This document shows positions 1 through 8,260 of a stretch of DNA of 64,000 bases, in pieces. Each line of letters starts with the position of its first letter. The first letter of the stretch is position 1. The notes beneath the pieces were generated by a model. It was given only the letters and a program-made list of their open reading frames with translations. It did not search any database and was not told where the DNA came from. The stretch comes from Nitrosopumilus sp. (GTDB lineage: Archaea > Thermoproteota > Nitrososphaeria > Nitrososphaerales > Nitrosopumilaceae): contig OZ242186.1 of NCBI GenBank assembly GCA_965205675.1, positions 1,344,001-1,408,000 of the forward strand, given 5' to 3'. The translations under genes were made by a program, and so were the position numbers.

Positions 1-97
1 AAACCCACAATATTTTTTTGACTGAGTCATGCACTCCAAACCGACATTATTTGTAGCAATACAAATCGACTCAGCGAGTTGGTGTGAGATGTGTAAA

Positions 98-238
98 GAA
101 AATCAAAATGATTTTTGAAATTATTCCCACAGAGTTGTAACGAATTATTTCCAAAAGGGAATAGCTCAACCCAACTCTCATGACGGGAATCGTTCTACTG
201 GAAACGTTATTTCAGAATAAAAGGAGGTTGAACCATTT
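98..238 (+). repeat. Cassette-head structured repeat, copy 1
   Basis: GAAAATC..GATTTTT hairpin; ATTCCC..GGGAAT long stem; CTGGAA-ACGTTA-TTTCAG hairpin; AAAGGAGG before the ATG. Confidence 0.9.
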
Positions 239-1231
239 ATGGTCCAACAAAATATTACAAGTGCAAGTATCAAAAATGCACAAAATCAAAAACTGCTCTT
301 GGCAAAAAACTATGTCGAACAAGAACTAGAAACCCAAGGGTACAGAGGTCGCATCAAGTATGATATGACCAACAAAGCTCTGGTTCAATACAGGACCAAG
401 GAGGGAACAATAGCCGTCATCAAAGAAGGCAAACTGCACATCTTTGAGATGCCGGTCAAAAAGTTCAAGGGGGCACTTCCATTGGAGACAAATCCAGTGG
501 ATATGGATTCCATCAGGACAGAAAAGGCAACATGCTGTAAAAGATGCCATCAATGGAAAAAGACTGCAAACATAACCCGCTGTCCTTGCGGAGGATATCT
601 GGTTCCAAGAAAGAGATTCTCAGTAGATGCTGTAGAGTCCTGGGATGAGGAAGTCCTCGAGATAGAGTTTGCCAAAAAAGACATCATCCTAGCAAAGAAG
701 ACTGATAGGGTACTAGCTCACAAACCAAAGAGATCAACCCCTAAAGGAATCACCGCAAACCTATCTGGAATGTATGCAGTAGATACTCCGCTAGATACCC
801 ACAAGGAAGAGTTGTTGCTAGTTACAGACGGTGAGGATGTAAGAACCATTCGAGTCAGACCCATATCATCATGCAGTCTGATATTTGTAGCGGCGATAGA
901 TTCTGGAATATCTGATGAACAAAAATTTGAGATACTCTCAGAATGCAGAAAGGATGATTCTGAGGACAGACAGTTCCTATCTGAGACAGATAGATTTGTC
1001 AGAGAACACATCCCACAAAAGGCAAAGAACATGGTGGATTCATGGAATGAACCATCATATCCTTTCAAACTTGGCAGAAAAGGCAAGACATCAAAGAGAG
1101 CCACAAGATCACTCAAGAGAATGGACAAGAGTCATGCCTCAGAGAAAACAAGTCTCAAAAACGGAAAAAAGCCACAGTTCTTTGCAAGCTCAGTACCAGC
1201 AGCACAGACTCTCAAGAATGAGTCAAAGTAA
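239..1231 (+). CDS. Hypothetical protein with Zn-ribbon (CKRC..CPCGG) and leader-type N-terminus
   Basis: 330-aa ORF directly after repeat copy 1 and its SD-like motif. Confidence 0.75.
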   Translation: MVQQNITSASIKNAQNQKLLLAKNYVEQELETQGYRGRIKYDMTNKALVQYRTKEGTIAVIKEGKLHIFEMPVKKFKGALPLETNPVDMDSIRTEKATCCKRCHQWKKTANITRCPCGGYLVPRKRFSVDAVESWDEEVLEIEFAKKDIILAKKTDRVLAHKPKRSTPKGITANLSGMYAVDTPLDTHKEELLLVTDGEDVRTIRVRPISSCSLIFVAAIDSGISDEQKFEILSECRKDDSEDRQFLSETDRFVREHIPQKAKNMVDSWNEPSYPFKLGRKGKTSKRATRSLKRMDKSHASEKTSLKNGKKPQFFASSVPAAQTLKNESK

Positions 1232-1534
1232 ATGTCACTACAAGAAGAGTTTGTGACCGAGACAGACATTGCAAAGATACAGCAATCATTTATGGATACA
1301 GAGTCAATCCCAACATCCATAGACGACATCCAATCCAAGAATTTCAAGAGACAGTTCAAGGTGAACAGAAGAAAGGCAAATTCTCTTGAGAAGAAATGGG
1401 ATGTGCGTACAATAAAAAGAATATCTCATACTGGAGATAGTCCACAAAGCAAGAAAAACCGTAAAGTAACAACACGGTTCTTTGCAAGTTCAGTACCGGT
1501 TTCTGCACAGACTCTCAAGAATGAGTCAAAGTAA
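1232..1534 (+). CDS. Hypothetical protein sharing its C-terminus with the upstream ORF
   Basis: Abuts the upstream stop; ends FFASSVP..QTLKNESK like 239..1231. Confidence 0.55.
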   Translation: MSLQEEFVTETDIAKIQQSFMDTESIPTSIDDIQSKNFKRQFKVNRRKANSLEKKWDVRTIKRISHTGDSPQSKKNRKVTTRFFASSVPVSAQTLKNESK

Positions 1535-1659
1535 ATGTCACTGCAAGAAGAGTTTGCAATAGAGGTAATGGAATTTGGTTGCAAAACAATTCCTCTCGAA
1601 TCATCAGAGATGATAGATTCACAGAATGATCCATCTGGAGTATCTGAGGTAGACAACTA

Positions 1660-2106
1660 ATGACTGGAGAGGATATTTACAACAACTGCCAAACCATCCT
1701 ACGACACACAGATGATGGAGACGCTCTGTTTGCAAGTGACTTGAAGCTGGTGCAAAATGCAGCCAATGGTCTTTTGTCTTCAGAAGGCAAAGTCGCCTTG
1801 CGTCGACTCAGATGCCAGTGTGAGACAGGCAAATATCTAGAAGGACCACCTGTTTGTGGAGTGGAGAATCTAACCCGAGGCAGAGGTGAGGATCGCAGAG
1901 TATTCTGGAAAGGAATCGTGGTGGAACACTATGATCATGATTTCTGGTGCTACGAAGGGTGGCAAGAAGAAATGATCAAAGATGCACAACAGCTTGGAAG
2001 AGTATGCCAATACCTAGAAGAGCACGGCATTACGGTGAGTTTTGAGAACTATCTCAAATACACCAAAAATGTTTGCAACGGAGACAAAGAAAATGGGAGT
2101 GTTTGA
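1660..2106 (+). CDS. Hypothetical protein
   Basis: 148-aa ORF with overlapping stop/start (TAATG). Confidence 0.65.
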   Translation: MTGEDIYNNCQTILRHTDDGDALFASDLKLVQNAANGLLSSEGKVALRRLRCQCETGKYLEGPPVCGVENLTRGRGEDRRVFWKGIVVEHYDHDFWCYEGWQEEMIKDAQQLGRVCQYLEEHGITVSFENYLKYTKNVCNGDKENGSV

Positions 2107-2482
2107 TACGGTCATAGCAACCGTGACATGTCCCCATTGCAACGAATCATATCTTCATGAGGACATACAGACAAAATCATTTGTACGTGGACTCTATGAG
2201 ATATACGAAAATGACGACACCCGATATCTGAAAGGAAATCCAATGCTTCCCGGCAGACCAAACGCATTTGCGGGAATCAAAAACATGGATTTTCCATGTT
2301 ACACGCACTGTTACATATGTGATTCTGAGCTTTACATTATCTGTAAAATAAGGAAATACATCCTAACTAAAGCACAGGTCACAAGAATAGATAGGAGAAC
2401 CGTCGGCATGAAGAATCCATACGTTCTAGATCTTAGTGCCAAATCAAAGTCTGCCGCAGAAATGGGGTTTTTAAGAAAATAA
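2093..2482 (+). CDS. Zn-ribbon hypothetical protein (MGVFDT..CPHC..QTK type)
   Basis: CxxC pairs; ATG at 2093 overlaps the previous gene. Confidence 0.65.
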   Translation: MGVFDTVIATVTCPHCNESYLHEDIQTKSFVRGLYEIYENDDTRYLKGNPMLPGRPNAFAGIKNMDFPCYTHCYICDSELYIICKIRKYILTKAQVTRIDRRTVGMKNPYVLDLSAKSKSAAEMGFLRK

Positions 2483-2573
2483 AAACCACAGCACACCCCC
2501 AACTTTTTTTTATGTGACCTGACAATCCTCTCAAATCCAATATCATACTATGACACCTGACAGGCAGATTGGA

Positions 2574-2640
2574 TGTGGAGATGGTACAGATGCTTGCAGC
2601 ATCATATGGTTCTAGAGAACCTAGAGAAAAAATACAGAGT
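2574..2640 (+). pseudogene. Internally deleted remnant of the type A membrane coiled-coil gene
   Basis: 5' flank and last codons match 4512..5021 but the ~450-bp body is missing. Confidence 0.7.
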
Positions 2641-2743
2641 TTTCAAAAACCCACAATATTTTTTTGACTGAGCCATGCACTCCAAACCGACATTATTTGT
2701 AGCAATACAAATCGACTCAGCGAGTTGGTGTGAGATGTGTAAA

Positions 2744-2884
2744 GAAAATCCATATGGGTTTTTCAAAGTTATTCCTACAGAGGTATTATAGACTATTCTC
2801 AAAGGAGAATAATCCGAGGTATCTCTCATGCCAGGAATCGTCCTACTGGTGACGTTACAGCCAGAATAAAAGGAGTTGACGCCA
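2744..2884 (+). repeat. Cassette-head structured repeat, copy 2
   Basis: Variant ATTCCT..AGGAAT, AGAGGTA..TATCTCT, CTGG-TGACGTTACAG-CCAG. Confidence 0.9.
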
Positions 2885-3238
2885 ATGGCACAACCATACA
2901 GTGCAAGTGAAAGCACACAAAACAATTCACAAAATCCCGTCCTAGATGGCGATAAAGTCAGTATCTGCGTGAGTGGCAACCAGGTGCAAATACAAAGACC
3001 TGATTTTGTAACTGACAAGCCAATACAGGATATCAGCGAGAAGAGAGAAATTCTTGCAAAGGACTTGCTTGAAGAATGGGAGGCAGTATCTGTACAAAAG
3101 CAGGGAATCCTGTTTGCAGTATCTGTAGGAGATAGCAGATACCTAGTCAGAGGACATGACAGGGTACCGGCAAACGCCGTAGTGGTAAGAACCCAATCAA
3201 ACCAGCTCATGGGTATTGGGGCAGTAGTAGGAGGTTAA
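2885..3238 (+). CDS. Hypothetical protein with shared leader (MAQPYSASESTQNNSQNP)
   Basis: Near-identical copy at 5267..5620. Confidence 0.7.
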   Translation: MAQPYSASESTQNNSQNPVLDGDKVSICVSGNQVQIQRPDFVTDKPIQDISEKREILAKDLLEEWEAVSVQKQGILFAVSVGDSRYLVRGHDRVPANAVVVRTQSNQLMGIGAVVGG

Positions 3239-3486
3239 TGTTGTTTTTCAAAAACAACCCCTCTCTTTTCCACCATATCTGCAAATTCCCACAAATCAAT
3301 TCCAAAAAACGAGAATAAAACATGACAAAAATCTACAAGCCCACAATAATATCTGAAGATCCCCTTGACTTGGAGCAATCCCAAGACGGACCCAAACAGA
3401 AAACGTGTGAGCATGCAAAAGAAATGAGACCCAGCCATAGTCGAGGTTTGGATTCATTCTGACATGATAACGAGGGAATCAACAAG

Positions 3487-3753
3487 ATGACAGCAGAAGA
3501 GGCAGCAACGCAACGATTCCAAGACGATCCATGCCTTTTTGACCTTGCAGTTGACTCAGTGCGAACCAAAAAAGCAATGAAACGATTCAGAAACGATCCA
3601 TACTTTGAGGTTATGGTACAATCAATTGCAAAAAAGGCAGCAAAATATGCATACGCTAGAATCAAGCTAGATGAAACACTGGGTACAGGCAACGAAATAG
3701 ATGATATCATAAGAGAAAAAGTATTTCAAACAATCAAGAGGTTTGATGTATAG
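3487..3753 (+). CDS. Hypothetical protein
   Basis: 88-aa ORF overlapping the next start. Confidence 0.55.
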   Translation: MTAEEAATQRFQDDPCLFDLAVDSVRTKKAMKRFRNDPYFEVMVQSIAKKAAKYAYARIKLDETLGTGNEIDDIIREKVFQTIKRFDV

Positions 3754-4424
3754 TGGCAAAACGATTTCTCAAAAGAGCATTTGGGGCAGTAGCAATCACA
3801 GTACTGATAGTAATTACAGCATCTCTTACATACCAGTATGTAGTCCCGATGATTCTATCAGATGAGGCATCAAGTGCGGTCTCAGATGGAATAGGTGCCG
3901 GAGAAGAAATGCTGTATGCAGCACAGGACAAAGTTGCAGACATATTCATCACAGAAGAGGAGCCGGTTTCAGAAGACCCCCAGATTGATGAGACAGATGG
4001 CTTGATACAAAACGACATGTACGATGAAATGCCCGAATCCCAAGAGGAGGTAATACCATACAAGACTGCATCGGGAGGCAAAGTCACCAGAATAGTAGAC
4101 GGTGATACGCTAGACATTGACGGAATCCGAATCAGACTTGCATTGGTAAACACCCCCGAGTCCGGAGAGGCAGGATACAAAGAGGCTACGGCATTTACTG
4201 CCAAGCACTGTCCTGTAGGTTCTACTGCAATGTATGATGTGGATAACGGTCAGAAAGGAGGATCATATGGCAGAGTAATCGGCAAGGTATGGTGCTTTGG
4301 CTATCCCGTACAGACACCTGAGACGTCCCTTAACGCGATGCTCATTGATGCAGGACATGCCAGAGTATTAGAAAGATTCTGCGGCGTCAGCCAGTTCAAA
4401 GATGATCATTGGACAGGCTGCTGA
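3753..4424 (+). CDS. Membrane-anchored thermonuclease (staphylococcal nuclease-like)
   Basis: N-terminal hydrophobic segment; VTRIVDGDTL, IRLALVNTPE and YGRVIG SNase motifs. Confidence 0.85.
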   Translation: MAKRFLKRAFGAVAITVLIVITASLTYQYVVPMILSDEASSAVSDGIGAGEEMLYAAQDKVADIFITEEEPVSEDPQIDETDGLIQNDMYDEMPESQEEVIPYKTASGGKVTRIVDGDTLDIDGIRIRLALVNTPESGEAGYKEATAFTAKHCPVGSTAMYDVDNGQKGGSYGRVIGKVWCFGYPVQTPETSLNAMLIDAGHARVLERFCGVSQFKDDHWTGC

Positions 4425-4553
4425 GACCTTACAAACCCCAACTTTTTTTTATGTGACCTGACAATCCTCTCAAACCCAATATCATACTATGACACCTGAC
4501 AGGCAGATTGGATGTGGAGATGGTACAGATGCTTGCAGCATCATACAAAAATC

Positions 4554-5021
4554 ATGAAAGAGGAAACCACAAACAAAGTAAGAACCAGTCTAGTACGAAA
4601 ACAAAACGTGATATTTGTAGCAATGGTAGCAGTTGGGTTATCCCTAACTGTCATGAGCCAGCTTACAGATTCGCGACTGCTAAGTGAAGGCATAGCCTTT
4701 ATTATAGTTGGATTCGTAGGAATGTTAATGTCTTGGACTACGATGGATGTTGGTGCCAGTATCAAAGAAGCAATACATGATGTTGGCAGACAAAACCTAG
4801 CCGCATTGGAATCCATTGCATCTTCTCAAAAAGAGATGGGCAAATCTCTCAAAGAGATGGACACGTCTCTCAAAGAGATGGACACGTCTCTCAAAGAGAT
4901 AGCATCCTCTCAGAAGGAGATAGCATCCTCTCAGAAGGAGATCAAAGACATTCTAGGTACACATACTACGATTCTAGAAAAGCATACTACAATTCTAGAG
5001 AACCTAGAGAAAAAAGACTGA
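4554..5021 (+). CDS. 2-TM coiled-coil protein, type A (cassette-terminal)
   Basis: Two hydrophobic helices then heptad repeats KEMDTSL/KEIASSQ/KHTTILE; paralogs at 16320 and 26988. Confidence 0.75.
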   Translation: MKEETTNKVRTSLVRKQNVIFVAMVAVGLSLTVMSQLTDSRLLSEGIAFIIVGFVGMLMSWTTMDVGASIKEAIHDVGRQNLAALESIASSQKEMGKSLKEMDTSLKEMDTSLKEIASSQKEIASSQKEIKDILGTHTTILEKHTTILENLEKKD

Positions 5022-5126
5022 GTTTTCAAAAACCCACAATATTTTTTTGACTGAGTCATGCACTCCAAACCAACATTATTTGTAGCAATACAAATCGACT
5101 CAGCGAGTTGGTGTGAGATGTGTAAA

Positions 5127-5266
5127 GAAAATCCATATGGGTTTTTCAAAGTTATTCCTACAGAGGTATTATAGACTATTCTCAAAGGAGAATAATCCGA
5201 GGTATCTCTCATGCCAGGAATCGTCCTACTGGAAACGTTATTTCAGAATAAAAGGAGTTGACGCCA
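5127..5266 (+). repeat. Cassette-head structured repeat, copy 3
   Basis: Copy-2-type 5' part with copy-1-type 3' hairpin. Confidence 0.9.
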
Positions 5267-5620
5267 ATGGCACAACCATACAGTGCAAGTGAAAGCACAC
5301 AAAACAATTCACAAAATCCCGTCCTAGATGGCGATAAAGTCAGTATCTGCGTGAGTGGCAACCAGGTGCAAATACAAAGACCTGATTTTGTAACTGACAA
5401 GCCAATACATGATATCAGCGAGAAGAGAGAAATTCTTGCAAAGGACTTGCTTGAAGAATGGGAGGCAGTATCTGTACAAAAGCAGGGAATCCTGTTTGCA
5501 GTATCTGTAGGAGATAGCAGATACCTAGTCAGAGGACATGACAGGGTACCGGCAAACGCCGTAGTGGTAAGAACCCAATCAAACCAGCTCATGGGTATTG
5601 GGGCAGTAGTAGGAGGTTAA
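5267..5620 (+). CDS. Hypothetical protein with shared leader (duplicate of 2885..3238)
   Basis: Near-identical sequence (Q/H change). Confidence 0.7.
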   Translation: MAQPYSASESTQNNSQNPVLDGDKVSICVSGNQVQIQRPDFVTDKPIHDISEKREILAKDLLEEWEAVSVQKQGILFAVSVGDSRYLVRGHDRVPANAVVVRTQSNQLMGIGAVVGG

Positions 5621-5703
5621 TGTTGTTTTTCAAAAACAACCCCTCTCTTTTCCACCATATCTGCAAATTCCCACAAATCAATTCCAAAAAACGAGAATAA
5701 AAC

Positions 5704-7923
5704 ATGACAAAAATCTACAAGCCCACAATAATATCTGAAGATCCCCTTGACTTGGAGCAATCCAAGATAAGCTACAACAAGAATCTCTTTGAGGGAACAG
5801 AGAATGGATTTATCAAAATGGATGTGGATAAGGATGTTGCAATACAGAGAATGTCAAGGGATTTGTATCAACATGCAAGTTCCGGGTTCCGTGAACTGTA
5901 TGCCAATGAGGCAAGGGCATGCAGGTATGCAAAAAAGCATCACAACGCAGAACCGCTAATCCTCATTACCCTTGATCCGCAAAAACAAAAGCTGGTAATT
6001 GAGGGAATTGACAGTACTGGAATGACATCAGAGAGATTCAAAAAAGTCTTTACGGTACTAGGACACTCTGATAACTTTGATGGTCAAGAGGTAGGTCAGT
6101 TCGGAATGGGACGCGCTGCATACACCTGTCTTTCAGATACAATAATTCTTGAAACTTTTGCAAGAGAGAGCAACGAGAAATATGCAGTACTTGGAAGAAA
6201 CGGTCTCGGATATCAGATAATTGACGAGCCGAAAATGGATACATATGGAACAAAAATCTCGCTGACACTCTACGGGGAGATAAACTATGAGAGTCTATAC
6301 GCCATGATAGAGAAGGTCTCCAAATTCAGCCAGGTCAAGACAGTTCTTGTTTTAGAGTCCAAAATACAGATCAAATACGGGCAGAAAGAGGCAGGACAGT
6401 ACGTCATGGGACCAGTCTCATATGAACAGGCACTCAAAGAACTTGAAGGCAACAAAGAAGATCAATTGCGAATTCCTATTTCTCTGGAAGACGAATCATT
6501 AAGAATTGATGGGTGCATAAATATTTCCAAAAGGTGGGACGGCACTAATGAGATCTACCATGGCTATGAATCCCTCTTTGAGACATATCTGGTAAATGTC
6601 CCAATAGCGACAAAAATACTATCCCCGCTAAGCCATGGAATCCTTACCATCAAAGACGAGAGAAAGTTTCAGCCAACCCCCGACAGAGAAAGACTCAAAG
6701 AAAGCACCGAAGAACAAGTAAAGACATTAGTGCACCGCCTCTTATCTAGAGAATCCGGACTCAACATTGCAACACTTGAGGAATTCTACAACGGCAAAAA
6801 CAGAATGCTCTACGAGTGCCTCAGTGAGAGACGGTATGACAGCGATGATAGAATTATGAGCATACTTGATGAGCGAACCAAAAATCTCATCAAACTTTTG
6901 GAATGCGAGGTATGGTCTACTGATAAGACAAAGCACGCACTAGTATCGTTGTTAGAAAAGCCCTCAAAGATATTTCATGTTGAAAAACTAGAAAAATCCA
7001 AGATTGCCGCACTGCAACAAGATTCTCCGGGATGCCTGATATTTCGCCCAATCAAACCAGATGTTGCCACGATGGAACTGTTTAGTTCATTTGGGATTTT
7101 ATCTGCTCAAAAATATCTGGATGAAAACAAGATTCAGGTAAAGAGAATCACAACAAAGATGACACAATGCGTAGAACACCATTCTACAGTCAGTTATGAC
7201 CAGTACAAATCAAATGTCGCGCTGCACTCATCAAAGGTCCTGTTTGCAGATGTTGGCGAGAAGACAATACGTGCAGATAAAGAGTTTCAGATGGTAAAAA
7301 ACACATTCAAGAATGCCGTCTGCTCATACAAGACAGTCAAGGACAAGGCAGATATCAAAGGAGGAATCGCATTCTCAGACTTTGTCACAGGGATAGAATC
7401 AAAGACATATCCTACAAGCAGCGGAAATATCTTGCCAAAAGACATTGCAAGGTATCCTGACATCACTCTTTTTGAGTATGATAACAGGAATCTTGCGCCA
7501 GCACTTGAGACACGAGAGGATTCCATACTTGTTATCTCAGACGCAGACGAACTCTTTGAGATTGCAGTATACCTGTCATACAAAAACATACCCTATAATT
7601 TTGTCAAAGAGCAATCAAGGTCTAGCGGTGAGAATTGTTTTGATGTTGGTGAAATGATAAACAAATACGGGAAAACGCGAGACGTAACCGTACACACAGA
7701 TGATTACATCATACCGTATTACAACCATGCCGATGACATTCCAAAACTGATGAGCATACTTGATGGAATAATGACTATCAGTAACGAGAAGATGCTGCAC
7801 CTATTCCTTGATGCAACAAAAAAGAACAAGAGGTATGACAACTCAGAGATGCAAAACAAACTGCCCTTCATACAGAGTCATCTTGCAGCAGCTAGGGAGA
7901 TCTCAAAAAGACTGAGTACCTGA
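5704..7923 (+). CDS. GHKL (Hsp90/HATPase_c) ATPase-domain protein, rIIA-like
   Basis: DLY..SGFRELYANE, DSTGMT, GQFGMG and GTKI motifs in the N-terminal ~200 aa. Confidence 0.75.
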   Translation: MTKIYKPTIISEDPLDLEQSKISYNKNLFEGTENGFIKMDVDKDVAIQRMSRDLYQHASSGFRELYANEARACRYAKKHHNAEPLILITLDPQKQKLVIEGIDSTGMTSERFKKVFTVLGHSDNFDGQEVGQFGMGRAAYTCLSDTIILETFARESNEKYAVLGRNGLGYQIIDEPKMDTYGTKISLTLYGEINYESLYAMIEKVSKFSQVKTVLVLESKIQIKYGQKEAGQYVMGPVSYEQALKELEGNKEDQLRIPISLEDESLRIDGCINISKRWDGTNEIYHGYESLFETYLVNVPIATKILSPLSHGILTIKDERKFQPTPDRERLKESTEEQVKTLVHRLLSRESGLNIATLEEFYNGKNRMLYECLSERRYDSDDRIMSILDERTKNLIKLLECEVWSTDKTKHALVSLLEKPSKIFHVEKLEKSKIAALQQDSPGCLIFRPIKPDVATMELFSSFGILSAQKYLDENKIQVKRITTKMTQCVEHHSTVSYDQYKSNVALHSSKVLFADVGEKTIRADKEFQMVKNTFKNAVCSYKTVKDKADIKGGIAFSDFVTGIESKTYPTSSGNILPKDIARYPDITLFEYDNRNLAPALETREDSILVISDADELFEIAVYLSYKNIPYNFVKEQSRSSGENCFDVGEMINKYGKTRDVTVHTDDYIIPYYNHADDIPKLMSILDGIMTISNEKMLHLFLDATKKNKRYDNSEMQNKLPFIQSHLAAAREISKRLST

Positions 7924-8049
7924 GAGGGAATTTTTTTACCCTCTGGGACAGATCATCCAAACCCGTTTTATCCCATATGGGTCCGGCTCAGCGGGCGGGT
8001 GGAGATGATATAAAATATTCTCACATTTGAGAACAGATAACGTCTAGAT

Positions 8050-8181
8050 GAAAAACGTAATTTTCTAAATTATTCCTACAGAGGTATCAGAATCATCTCA
8101 AAGGAGAATGATCCAAGATACCTCTTATGACGGGAATCGTCCTACTGGAAACGTTATTTCAGAATAAAGGAGTTGATGCCA
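8050..8181 (+). repeat. Cassette-head structured repeat, copy 4
   Basis: AGAGGTATC..GATACCTCT perfect stem variant; followed by a 28-aa leader ORF at 8182..8268. Confidence 0.85.
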
Positions 8182-8260
8182 ATGGCACAACCATACGATA
8201 CAGGTACAAGTATCAAAAACGTACAGCAACAAAATTCCGCCCCTTGTGGCAGTGATATAA

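Noticed and set aside
4512-4553. MWRWYRCLQHH as the N-terminus of type A membrane proteins
   Set aside because: It lies in the structured upstream element and persists where the gene is deleted; the downstream ATG is the more plausible start.
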